A stretch of DNA of 64,000 nt from Oikopleura dioica (GCA_907165135.1 OU015570.1:248001-312000); one strand, 5' to 3'. Numbered from the stretch's first letter, positions 1-10,761 are shown. Translations and numbers: made by a program. Notes: generated from the letters alone by a model not told the origin.

Positions 1-2
1 AA

Positions 3-1100
3 AAGTACTTTTTTCGAAAGACAAACCAAGGCCTTGAGTTCGACCCCGCATTTGACGTTACTAACATCCAGGAAGCTGCCCAAAAGACTGCTCGAGCTGA
101 CCATAAGATTGATGTCGATAAAATAAATGAGATCATTGTTATGGACAACCTTGCCACAATTCTTGACCGAATTGACGAGTCTGAAAAACAAGAGGAGACC
201 AAGTACCGGCCACCACCCTCTGACTCTAAGCCATCTGGATCAACTCCACGAAATGGAAATGCTCAGCCCCGAGGAAGTGCTCAGCCGAAAAAGGAACCAA
301 CTAACGATCGCTCAAAATGATTTGGACAAGTGAAGATGAAGACCCCGAAATTTGACGCTCAACTTCCAGTTGAAAATTTTATTTCGAACCTGGAGCTCTA
401 CGGAAATTGCTCGAAGATTTGCGACGAAGATCTTATCAGTGTTGCCCTGTCCCAAATCCTGATGGAGGAAAGTGGAACTTCTCTCGTCGAAGCAATCACT
501 GGAGAAGAAAAACAAAACTGGAACAGCTTCAAGGGTAAGCTGGTTCAAGTTCTGGGAAAAGACAAAGAGCACTACAAGCACATGTATACATCGTTCCAAC
601 GAGGTCAGGAGACACAGCAAATGGCAGTCACAAAACTTCAAGCCTTCTTCAAGAAAGGATACGGAAAGCTCAATCTTGATGCTGCAGATGAATCAATTAT
701 CTGTGACCGATTTATCGAATGCCAAGAGCCAAGACTCGCTGAACTGCTCCGACGTGAAAAATCCTTGCTGACACTCCGAAATATCGCTCAACGTGCCATG
801 GAACTGGAGAGAAGCTTCTTCAAACGAGAAAATATCTTCGTCGCGTAAAGCACTTCAAATGCGAAGGAATCTGAAATGGCCCAAATCTGCTCTCAACTGA
901 AGGAAATTATCTTTGCTGCGAAGGAGGCAGCAAAGGAAAAGAAGAAAAAGGGAAGATCGAGAATCCCCATCAACAAGCTCCAAGGACACTGCATTTCATA
1001 CGTCCGAAATAACCGATGCCGATTTGGCGAAAAGTGCAAATACCTTCATGCGGAAGACGTACCAAAGGAAGTTGAGGAAATAATCAAAAAGGAGGCATGA
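3..1100 (+). pseudogene. gag: gag (capsid-like region plus C-terminal CCCH zinc finger), two in-frame stops
   Basis: One frame from 3 to 1100: KYFFRK...RSK*(TGA 318-320)FGQVKMKTPKFD...IFVA*(TAA 846-848)STSNAKESEMAQ...KEA*(TGA 1098-1100). Track ORFs 330..848 and 876..1100 lie in this frame. C-x8-C-x5-C-x3-H at 990-1049. Confidence 0.8.
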
Positions 1101-4100
1101 CTATCAAGAGTCATTGAAACGTGTGAATATGCTCACTTTGCACCGGCCTCGCTCAAATTTGTTAAGATTATGCTCAACGGACTTAAATTTCCCTGCCTTA
1201 TCGATAGTGGCGCAAGTAGAACATGTTTCCGCTCAGATGTTCTAGATCTATTACCGTCAACTATCAACAAACAAATTCCATCTACAATCATGCTCAAGTG
1301 TGCGAACTCAGAAGTCTTCAATGTTAAAATGCTCAGCTCCCCAATTGACGTCAAATTCGAAACAAGCTCTTCGCCACTAAGATTGAAGTTGGATCCGCTC
1401 ATCGTTCAAAATTTATCGTGCCCGATCATTTTGGGAATGGATGCTCTCAAGGGGATAACGATCGGAGAAAAATCAGTCACTTTATGCAATAAGAAAATTC
1501 CAACAATAGATCCGAACTCAACTGATTTGTTCTTAACTGGTCTTATTGAAATCGACAAGAATTCTGGTCGTGAGAAAGAAGATTACGAAGCTTTCTTGAA
1601 GAGGCGATCAGAACAAGCCCAGAAAATCAATTTTGTTCCAGCTATTGGTTCTTATGGTGCAACTGACTCGAGACAAAAAGCTCAACTTGACGAACTGATT
1701 CAAAAATATCGACTCAGCTTCAATATGGACTCCGATGATCTAGGACGTCTATTCGGCTATCGATATTCGCTCCCGCTCTATGACAAAACAAAATCTTCAC
1801 ATCAACCTCCACGGAAAATTGCAATTCACCTACTGCCACAAGTCAGAGAACAAATTTCCACATGGAAAAAGCTCAACGTTATCCAAGAAACGCAATCATC
1901 ATTTAACATTCCTTTGATAATTCTTCGAAAATCTGATTCTTCTATCAGAATCTCACTTGATGCGAGAATGGTGAATGAGTTATTGCAAAAAGATCGCTTT
2001 CCATTACCAAGCATGCAAAGTGTTTTCACCTCTATTGGAAAGAAACTCAGTGGTAAAGAATGTTTCATAAGTTCAGTGGATTTCTTTCGTGGCTATTGGC
2101 AAGTGCTCATTAACGAAAAAGATGCACACAAAATGGCATTTTCATACGAAAACCAGCATTACCAAACTAATAGAATGCTCTATGGTTCTTGCAATGCTCC
2201 TGCCTGTTTCTCAAGAATAATGAATAAGCTGATGAAACACGAATCAATTCTTCTTTATCTTGATGATTTGGTGATCATTGACAACAACTGGGAAGACCAC
2301 CTGAAGGCACTTGAATTCGTTTTCAAAACCTGCCTAGAACATGGACTCGTTCTTAGTGCCAAGAAATGTCAACTCGCTAGCACTGAACTTGACTTCCTTG
2401 GTCACAGAATAACGGCTGATGGAATCAAACCGCTCAGAAAGCATCTAGAAGCGATTGAAAAATTATCACCACCCCGAGATAAAGCTGAACTTAAGAGATA
2501 TCTTGGAATGGTTAACTTCAATGTGAAATTTCTAAAGCGTGGAAGTGAAATTTTGGCTCCACTTTACCGTCTAACATCGGCAAAAGTGAATTATGAATGG
2601 TCTGAGATTCACCAAAACGCCTTCGAAAAAGTCAAAGAAGAACTTCTAAAAGAGCCAACATTAGCGCATTTCAAACCTGGATGTCAACTTGTTCTCGTCA
2701 TAGACTCCTCTGGATATGCAGTTGGAGGAACACTGTACCAAGTTCATAACGATCAATTTGCCGCTCTTGGATATTTCAGCAAAGCTCTAACACGACCTGA
2801 TCTTAAACGTCCAAAGAGAGTCAAAGAGCTCTTTGCACTTTGCTGGGGAATACAGTTTTTCGAGTACTACTTGATAAATTGTGAATTCGACTGCTATGTT
2901 GACCATAAATCCTTGTTGTATCTGTTCCGAGAATCACGAAGAAGAAAATTGGACATAAAACTATGCAATGTTCACAACTATCTTCTTGCGTTCAACTTCA
3001 CGATCATTCACAAAAGCGGAACGAGCCCAGAAATGGCTTCTGCAGATTTCTTTAGCAGACTTCCAAAATCAAAAAGCTCTTACCTTGAGAAACTCTCGGA
3101 AGATTTTTTCGATGTCGACGAAACAATCCTTGCGTTGTCAACTTTGTCAACTGACAATGTCATCTTTTCGTACGAAAATCGATCATTCACTGCTAACGAA
3201 ATGGCTGGTGCTCAAAACGCCTGCTCTGTTACAAAGAACCTTATCGTCAAAGCCGAATTAAACAAGTCACAGAAAAGACTGATGCTCAAAAACAATGTCC
3301 TCTACTCGAATGATAGACTCGTTCTCCCAGGCAACATTGCCGATGAATTTATTTCATATTTGCATGTCATAACAGCTCACTCCGGAAGTCAACAGCTCCT
3401 TCAAATGCTCAAGAAATTTTTCATCAGCAATATCCAGCAAAAAGTTCGATCAATTACAAGCTCATGTGAAACATGCATCCGACTCAAGCCGCTCAAAGGA
3501 ATGCGACCTTCGCTCATAAAGGATCGCCAGTTCGCTCAACTACCCTTTGAGAAAGTTCACATCGACCTCGTCGATTATGGAAGACCTGACGCTTCAGGCA
3601 AACGCTACTTGCTCACTGTAGTGGATAGTTTAAGTGGCTACCTCGATGGAGAAAGTTTATCAAACAAATCGGACAATCTTGTTGCAAAAGCCCTCCTGCG
3701 AATAATACTTCGGCATGGAATATCACAGAATTGCATTTCCGATAACGGAAGAGAATTCGGACCAAAAACAAGAGAAATTCTCGACCGATTTGGAATACGA
3801 CATAGTACAACCAGCGCTTATAACAGTAAGTCGAACGGAAAATGTGAGAGAATCCATCGCGAGATCCATCAGAAGCTCAAGAACCAATTTGCAACAAATC
3901 GCTCCTGGTCCGAATTCTGGCCACTGGTTCAATACTTTCTTAACAACGCTCCAAAAGGAAGTCTTGATGGTCTTTCAAGTAATGAAATCGTATATGGGAG
4001 ACAATTTCATATTCCTCACTCACTGAAAGAGCCAATCATTGAGAATGTCCAGCCATTCACAAAAGCTCTGAATGAATATATGAAGAAACTCCACCCAGCA

Positions 4101-4622
4101 TTGCTCAACTTTCAAGTCCAACGATACCAATCGCTGCTCAAAAGGGACAGAAATGATTGTCCAGTTCTCCCGATTGGTATATCTGTTCTTTGTTGGAAAC
4201 CTGATCTGTACGCTGGTAAACTTGGAATTCACTGGTCTGGACCATACAAAATTCATCGACGACTTTCAAAAGATAGTTACATCGTCAAGTCCCCGCTCAC
4301 AAAAAAGGAATATCGGCGTAACATCAGTCTGATCCGCCCGCTCAATCATAAGACTGATAATGACAGTACGAAATATATTTGCAGCGATAATGCTCACACC
4401 GACTGCAAAGAAAAAGACGAGAAAGCTCCAATTCAAACTCGTAGCTCACAAAATGTTCAAAGGCATCGATCTGATCCGACCGATGAAGAAAAGACTGCTC
4501 AAGATCACAATCCCTGCTCTAAAAGTCCCCTTACTGTAGTCAATGATCAACTACTGCTCAATGGAAGTGGGAATGAGGATTCAAAATGGAAAGGCCGTCT
4601 TCGCTCAAGACGCCAAAAGTAA
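1101..4622 (+). CDS. pol: Pol polyprotein (protease, RT, RNase H, integrase), intact
   Basis: LIDSGAS protease; VDFFRGYWQV and YLDD RT; DSSGYAVGG RNase H; H..H..CETC, HIDLVD, SDNGREF, NGKCERIHRE integrase; WSGPY GPY/F motif. Open from 1101 in the gag frame; first ATG at 1170. Confidence 0.97.
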   Translation, partial: LSRVIETCEYAHFAPASLKFVKIMLNGLKFPCLIDSGASRTCFRSDVLDLLPSTINKQIPSTIMLKCANSEVFNVKMLSSPIDVKFETSSSPLRLKLDPLIVQNLSCPIILGMDALKGITIGEKSVTLCNKKIPTIDPNSTDLFLTGLIEIDKNSGREKEDYEAFLKRRSEQAQKINFVPAIGSYGATDSRQKAQLDELIQKYRLSFNMDSDDLGRLFGYRYSLPLYDKTKSSHQPPRKIAIHLLPQVREQISTWKKLNVIQETQSSFNIPLIILRKSDSSIRISLDARMVNELLQKDRFPLPSMQSVFTSIGKKLSGKECFISSVDFFRGYWQVLINEKDAHKMAFSYENQHYQTNRMLYGSCNAPACFSRIMNKLMKHESILLYLDDLVIIDNNWEDHLKALEFVFKTCLEHGLVLSAKKCQLASTELDFLGHRITADGIKPLRKHLEAIEKLSPPRDKAELKRYLGMVNFNVKFLKRGSEILAPLYRLTSAKVNYEWSEIHQNAFEKVKEELLKEPTLAHFKPGCQLVLVIDSSGYAVGGTLYQVHNDQFAALGYFSKALTRPDLKRPKRVKELFALCWGIQFFEYYLINCEFDCYVDHKSLLYLFRESRRRKLDIKLCNVHNYLLAFNFTIIHKSGTSPEMASADFFSRLPKSKSSYLEKLSEDFFDVDETILALSTLSTDNVIFSYENRSFTANEMAGAQNACSVTKNLIVKAELNKSQKRLMLKNNVLYSNDRLVLPGNIADEFISYLHVITAHSGSQQLLQMLKKFFISNIQQKVRSITSSCETCIRLKPLKGMRPSLIKDRQFAQLPFEKVHIDLVDYGRPDASGKRYLLTVVDSLSGYLDGESLSNKSDNLVAKALLRIILRHGISQNCISDNGREFGPKTREILDRFGIRHSTTSAYNSKSNGKCERIHREIHQKLKNQFATNRSWSEFWPLVQYFLNNAPKGSLDGLSSNEIVYGRQFHIPHSLKEPIIENVQPFTKALNEYMKKLHPALLNFQVQRYQSLLKRDRNDCPVLPIGISVLCWKPDLYAGKLGIHWSGPYKIHRRLSKDSYIVKSPLTKKEYRRNISLIRPLNHKTDNDSTKYICSDNAHTDCKEKDEKAPIQTRSSQNVQRHRSDPTDEEKTAQDHNPCSKSPLTVVNDQLLLNGSGNEDSKWKGRLRSRRQK

Positions 4623-4822
4623 TATGAGATGCTCTACTCATATTTTGCTCGAAAGTCGAATATTATGACGTATAAAAGCCCTGCTCAAAGGATATCCATG
4701 CTCAAACAAATGTTTACAACTTAAGCGATATGATGCACACTTGAAGAAGGGTCAAGCTCCGTTCCATCGCCCTGAAAGTTTAATGCAGGCCGCTGTGGAT
4801 TTTCGCTCGCATAAAATGGATT

Positions 4823-5483
4823 ATGTACAAGTTACTGGGCCCCTCTACTTGGACCACTATTCTTAACCTTGCGTCGGACTTCTCCAGATGTTGGCAATGT
4901 GTGCAGTTGCCGAATCACACAATATTCGAAAATGGATCTAAAATGGCATCATCCCAGCTCAATGGCACAATGCAAAGCCTTTTAAAAAAAAGGGGGAAGA
5001 GAAAAAGTGAAACTGCTCGCTCACTACGGAATTTCAATTTAAGTGCTCGCAAATTGAAACATGATACCAAAGAAGTGAAACTGCTCGATCACTTAGGGAT
5101 AACCAATTTCATTGCTCTTGAAATTGAAAAACGCTATGGTGAAAACTGCTCGATTCACCAAGGAAAATTTTGGCATTGTTAACGAGATCATTCGCGGAAA
5201 TCAAAATTTTGGAAGATTACAAATTATAATGAAGAAACTGGTCGAAAAATCTCCATGCCATTAAAGAAAGAGAGGAATTCGCTGTGTGACAATAATTGCA
5301 AAAGTAGAATTTCAAAATAAGATTCACAAGAAAAGAAAAACTGCATTTCACACTTTGTCACGTGACGCGCAGAAAAAAGCTGCAGGTGTGCGCGCAAAAC
5401 GGCGGAACAAACAAAAATCACCTGAAAAACTTGGAAAAAAAAATCTCATTCTTTCAGAAAAAGAAATGAGAGATGGCTTCTGA
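4823..5483 (+). pseudogene. Degenerate basic accessory ORF 3' of pol
   Basis: ORF 4823..5182 continues in frame past TAA (RDHSRKSKFWKIT...) and overlaps the K/R-rich ORF 5286..5483. No recognisable domain. Confidence 0.3.
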
Positions 5484-6303
5484 AAGAGGAGCAATTTATG
5501 AGAATTTCTTTTATTTTCAAAATGAAGATGTGAAGAAGCGATTCTTACAATTCTCGCTACCGTTTATATGTGGATATACGCTAAACCTCTACGAGTTGAG
5601 AAGAGAGTCTAAGACACACATTTTTCGAGATTATCTCCAGACAATATCGGATGTTTTGACAAAAATCACAGAAGCAAATCAGTATACATATCAGATTGAT
5701 AATCTGCATATGAGTGGAAACCTGGCTTCCGTAGAGACATTACTGGAGTGGTGCTTCAGAGCGCTGATTTTTCGATTTTCAAACGCAGAACAGGAAGAAA
5801 TTACACCAATAATCGTGGAAAATTTTGAAAAACAATTCTATGGAAGAAGACATCTCTGGATCGGAATGAAGCAAATAAATGAAGTGAACTTATCTGCTGC
5901 TATCAGAAAGGCTGAACTGCTTTTCTATGACCACTTGGAGAATGTCGGAATCAGAAGTTTTTCTTTCTGCGTTGCTGAAAAGCCAATGCAAACATCACAT
6001 CAGCAACCAATTTTCATCCCTCGAAACGAAGATTCCCAATACCCCCAACTTAAAAATAAAGACCTTCTCGACTTTCTTGTGACAAAAACTGTCAATGAAA
6101 ACAACCCGACTTCTCACAATTCGAGCCAGCAAATTCAGCGAAACCCAATCGATGAAATTTTCGGAAAAGCAAATAACGATTCACCACCTGGTTACGAAAG
6201 CTCCTCAAATGACAGCTCCTCTAGTGTATGCTCAACTGACGCCGACAATCTTGACAAAACATTGGAAAACAATGCTCTTTTTAAAAGGGGGAAGAATATA
6301 TAG
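5473..6303 (+). CDS. Accessory ORF of unknown function (276 aa), not env-like
   Basis: ATG-started open frame between pol and the PPT. No signal peptide or TM segment visible; low-complexity C-terminus containing PPGY. Confidence 0.6.
   Translation: MASERGAIYENFFYFQNEDVKKRFLQFSLPFICGYTLNLYELRRESKTHIFRDYLQTISDVLTKITEANQYTYQIDNLHMSGNLASVETLLEWCFRALIFRFSNAEQEEITPIIVENFEKQFYGRRHLWIGMKQINEVNLSAAIRKAELLFYDHLENVGIRSFSFCVAEKPMQTSHQQPIFIPRNEDSQYPQLKNKDLLDFLVTKTVNENNPTSHNSSQQIQRNPIDEIFGKANNDSPPGYESSSNDSSSSVCSTDADNLDKTLENNALFKRGKNI
6278..6299 (+). promoter_or_regulatory. Polypurine tract preceded by a T-run
   Basis: TTTTT-AAAAGGGGGAAGA immediately before the putative LTR. Confidence 0.65.
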
Positions 6304-6875
6304 TGGATCTCAGTGTGCAATACGCGCTGCGCACGGAATTCATAGTATTTCCTGCGCAAACAAACCCCTCCGCACGGACAGACTTCCCTGCGCACGGAGA
6401 GACTTCTCTGCGCGCGGACGAAACTATCTACGCCCGTAACAAAGAACGCTTGCTCCCTACGTAAAACCCCTTTCTCCCTGTGCACAAACTTCTTTACGCA
6501 CGTGATTATTCATTCTCCATACGGAACTCTCTTTCTTTCTCACGCAACTGTATCACTTCCGTGCGGACCAAGCTCTGTCCGTACGCACAGAAATATTATA
6601 TAAGTCGCTGCGCTCTGCACCTCCATCGTCACTTGAAATTACTCGCTCACTTGTAAAACTTGCTCTTTTTTTACAAAACAACGCTCACTATTTTATCCTG
6701 CTCGCGATAACAATAAACTACAAATTCATATCCAACTTATGTACATTGAGAAACACGTACAGATGGTCCTTTGACCGAAATCGATCTGCAATAAATTCCT
6801 TTAATTCTAATCTTTTATATATATAATTTTAAAAGAAAATAAACAATATTTCTAGACTCATGCTCATATCACTAT
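6300..6875 (+). repeat. Probable 3' LTR
   Basis: Follows the PPT; inverted termini ATAGTG...CACTAT; TATATAAG near 6596; AATAAA copies near 6712, 6790 and 6838. The 5' LTR is outside the window, so boundaries are unconfirmed. Confidence 0.55.
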
Positions 6876-6881
6876 TTGTGA

Positions 6882-6947
6882 GTTTATTGCAGTTTGCTTA
6901 ACGTTTTCGGTCGGTTGACCATCATCAGAGCTTGTTCCTTGATAAAC
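6882..6947 (-). ncRNA. Minimal type I hammerhead ribozyme (Penelope pLTR type)
   Basis: Minus strand: GCU-CUGAUGA-U-GGUC(AACC)GACC-GAAA-ACGUU-A-AGC. Core, stem II, palindromic stem III, UUA site and stem I GCU/AGC are all present. Confidence 0.75.
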
Positions 6948-7349
6948 TTGAAAATTCTTAAAGGAAAGCGTACCTTCTTTTGTAAGACTGCAAAACTGAT
7001 TTAAAAACCAAAAAAAACTTGTCCCAGACTAGTGTTCTAGAAAAATAAATAATAACTTTTTATGGTAATCGATCTTTTTATCAGAGGCTCCTTACCAGGT
7101 TCGAAAATGCCTCTGATCGGTAAAACAATTGAATACCCGCAGCGAGCTCGCGCCGCTTTTCACGAGCGCAGAACTTTTTCTTCTCTTCATCAAATTTCAT
7201 GAAAATATCAGATCTAGTCTAAATTTTTCTCCTCTTTGTTCTCCAATTCGATTTTTTTCATATCACAATTTTTGAATTCAGGGGGGAGAAAAAGTGACGC
7301 TCAACTTCAAAAAGAATCAGCTAATAAAATACTTGTCACTCGAAGTTAT

Positions 7350-7775
7350 TAACGACGGCACTGAAAATGTAACGTATGTAACGAATGTAACGAAAACAAC
7401 AAAAACATGTCTTCTTCTCGTTACATTTTCAGTAAAATTCTAGAGATTTTTTGTTTTTCTTATTTCACCCCCTTGAGTTTCCTACCATTTCACCCGCGGA
7501 GCGGGCGTTTTCACTGGATTTATCTCTAAGAGACAAACTAAATCAGATAATAAACCTTTTTTAATACTACTGTGGACTTTTTTTTTTTATTTATATGCTC
7601 TTTTAGGGGTGTTCTAATGTCATTTGAAATAATACTCCAGAATATCGCTTTTTGGAAAAAGTTTCTAGAATCAGCTGATTAACAACAACATGTCTCTGTC
7701 TTCGTTACATTTTCAGTAAATTCGTTACATTCGTTACATCCGTTACATTCGTAACATTTTCAGTGGCGACCGTTA
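7350..7775. mobile_element. MITE with CTGAAAATG + 9-bp (ATGTAACGA) subterminal repeats
   Basis: TIRs TAACGACGGCACTGAAAATG / CATTTTCAGTGGCGACCGTTA. Empty site in the inverted paralog near 13840; another copy at about 14907-15674. Confidence 0.75.
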
Positions 7776-8934
7776 TAAATACCCTCATCAAAAAGCGCAT
7801 TCAATTTTGACCAGGTCCAAGTTCGCGTGGTCTCTAAATATACCGTTTGTGACATAAATTGCTGAGTGACGGGGGTCCTTTCAGAAATCGGACTCTGATT
7901 GGCTAATTAGCGGAGAACAATAGGAATGAAATTTAGTCAGTCAGAAATGAGAATCATGGTAGCTTATATCTAGGGTCCACGCTCAAAAAATAAAACTTTT
8001 TAAATATTGCTTTTGAGGACTTTTCATCAATATAAAAGATGAAGATCTCGAAGAGCTGAGTAAAACAAGCTAAATATCAACCCGAAATGAAAAAAGGTTG
8101 AAGAATTATGAAGAAAAAACACCCAGAAAACCATAAAGAACGGCTCTTATAAAATTTTAATTAACACAGGCGAAATCGTAGCCCTTTTTTAACCCTAAAT
8201 CAACCAATTTATTTTTGGAGGATGAAGTTCTTTGTCAGCAATCCCACAAATTTGGCCCTAAAAAAGGAAAAATCAGCGGCGCGCAGCTCGCTCAGCGCGC
8301 GATGGCCTAGGGGCACCGCAAGGATGGCCACGTCGAAACTTCTTTAGAAATCTATTTTACAAAAAAGGATAATTACACTAATGAAATTAAATAAAATCTT
8401 AACTAGAAATCAAATAAATAAAATGATAAACTTTAAATAAAATTCTAAATTTTTTTTGTAAAATAAAAAATAAAAGAATTATTTCTTTATTTGTTGTAAA
8501 GACCATAAAGGCCGTCTCAGCCCCGTCTCTTGATTTTTGAATTTAAGGGGCTTGACGGCCCTTCGGGCCGTCTCAGCCCCGTCCCTTGATTTTTGAATTT
8601 AAGGGGCTTGACATAGGCTGGGAAAAGCCTGAGTTGATCATTCTCAGTTGCGTCCCAAACCCCACCCACCTCCATCTGATTTTAAAATATATTTTCTTCC
8701 TATTTTTAATTTTGTTATGGTTTTTACTTTATTTTTTTTAAGTTTAGTTTTTCGTCGTCAAATTATCTCAGGGCCCTGCCTTCGACTTTTTCTTCCAGCA
8801 GATTGTCTTCCACCAATGAGGTCCTCCAAGAGGTCCTCCGGTCTTAACCGACCAAAAGTGGCCAACATACAAAAAAACTGTTTTATAAATTGTTTTATGA
8901 AAAAAGCCCCAATATTGTCTTTTACGACATATGC

Positions 8935-10761
8935 GGTCAATCTTCGGGGTAGGGATCCCGAAGAATAGACGATTTTAAATACGCTCAATCTTCGGGGTAA
9001 AATCCCGAAGAGCTACCAATATAAAATGCAGTCAATCTTCGGGGTCTTGAAAATCCAGAGACGAAGAATAACCGATGCAAAATGCGGTGATTCTTCGGGG
9101 TCAAATGAGTGTTTTCGAGATCGGCGAGTGCTAAATTTCGCTGCCGCCTTATCGAAATTCTTATCATCCGCCCGCCTTATGAATGTTGCTATCAGCACCA
9201 GAGTTGGTAACATAGGTCATCCCCTTGTTACCAGGATAAACGTTGGCGAAAATCTGAATTTAGCAGGATAAACCCCAGGCAAACTTGCCCCCATATTAGC
9301 AGGATAAACTTTGGCAAAAGGGCTCATTGTTAGCAGGGTAAACTTTGGCACTCAATTAACAGGGTTGCGTGAATCATCAGCGCTCGCCCAGGGCGTGACG
9401 TAACTGTTAGCCCGAGGAGGACTCAACCTGCTGGAAGAAAATGCGAATGAAGCAAATCTGCTTGAAATACAAGTGAACAATTTTATGTTATTAATTTTAA
9501 TTTTAATATATAATTTTTTTAAATTAAAATGGGCCAAAAAATAAAATCCCTGTTCCTGTCTCTGTTCCTGTTGAAAGGATTCCGAGGCCATTCATTAGAT
9601 CAAGCGACTTCGGTGAAGTATAGCCCATATCATTATAGAATATAGGGACTAATATCTTATATATCTAATATTGGATATAATATCTGCATCATTGCTGACC
9701 TGAGGTCAAGTTGGGGTTACCTGGGATCACTCGGGATCAACTTTGGAGATTTTTCTTCTTGAAAGATGGTTAGAGTCCGAAAAGGGCCAGGTACGAGATC
9801 ACCCCGTTATCAATAGTCAAAATAAAGCTCAGCTTCTGAGCTTTCTAATACAGTATTAGTAATACTGTATAATGTGCCTACCAGAGTTTCAAATTTGCTG
9901 AGTTAAGTGAGCTGAGACTGCTCAGTGATTTTCAAAAGTGAACTGATCTCCTCAGCTCAGACGATAAATTATCGTCGATAATCATTCAGCTCAGCTCAAT
10001 GATTTCAACACAATTTTACTACTAAAATACAGTAAAAATAGCTCAACTCAGCTCACTCAGCTCAGCGAAAATAAAGCCAAATTTGCAATTCTGGTGCCTA
10101 CCCTCCTAAGCCCTAAAAATATAATTTAAAAATATGAATAAATATCAAAATTAAAATTAATAATGATAAAATCGTTAACTTGTATTAAATACTGAATTTA
10201 TAAATATATATTGAAATTTTCAAGCAGATTTTATGAAGATATTTTTCATTGGCATTTTCTTCCAGCAGGTTGAGTCCTCCTCGGGCTAACTGTTACGTCA
10301 CGCCCTGGGCGAGCGCTGATGATTCACGCTACCCTGTTAATTGAGTGCCAAAGTTTACCCTGCTAACAATGAGCCCTTTTGCCAAAGTTTATCCTGCTAA
10401 TATGGGGGCAAGTTTGCCTGGGGTTTATCCTGCTAAATTCAGATTTTCGCCAACGTTTATCCTGGTAACAAGGGGATGACCTATGTTACCAACTCTGGTG
10501 CTGATAGCAACATTCATAAGGCGGGCGGATGATAAGAATTTCGATAAGGCGGCAGCGAAATTTAGCACTCGCCGATCTCGAAAACACTCATTTGACCCCG
10601 AAGAATCACCGCATTTTGCATCGGTTATTCTTCGTCTCTGGATTTTCAAGACCCCGAAGATTGACTGCATTTTATATTGGTAGCTCTTCGGGATTTTACC
10701 CCGAAGATTGAGCGTATTTAAAATCGTCTATTCTTCGGGATCCCTACCCCGAAGATTGACC
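8935..10761. mobile_element. Foldback-type element, ~510-bp near-identical TIRs (8935-9445 / 10251-10761)
   Basis: Mirror coordinates sum to 19696; only two mismatches noticed; arms rich in CTTCGGG/CCCGAAG motifs. Explains the duplicated ORF-track entries. Confidence 0.9.
9882..10093. mobile_element. hAT-type MITE
   Basis: TIRs CAGAGTTTCAAATTTG / CAAATTTGCAATTCTG; perfect 8-bp TSD GTGCCTAC at 9874-9881 and 10094-10101. Related copy at 30286-30600. Confidence 0.85.

Larger units (their letters stand above)
1..6875 (+). mobile_element. Ty3/gypsy LTR retrotransposon (Tor-like), 5' part outside window
   Basis: gag-like frame, pol in PR-RT-RH-IN order, accessory ORFs, PPT and probable 3' LTR in series. 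Confidence 0.92.

Noticed and set aside
127-333. ORF-track 68-aa ORF as the gag N-terminus joined by a frameshift
   Set aside because: The gag frame itself is open from 3 to 317, so this is an alternative-frame shadow.
8985-10711. Identical duplicated small proteins on opposite strands (also 26374/31828)
   Set aside because: By-products of inverted repeats; no coding signature.
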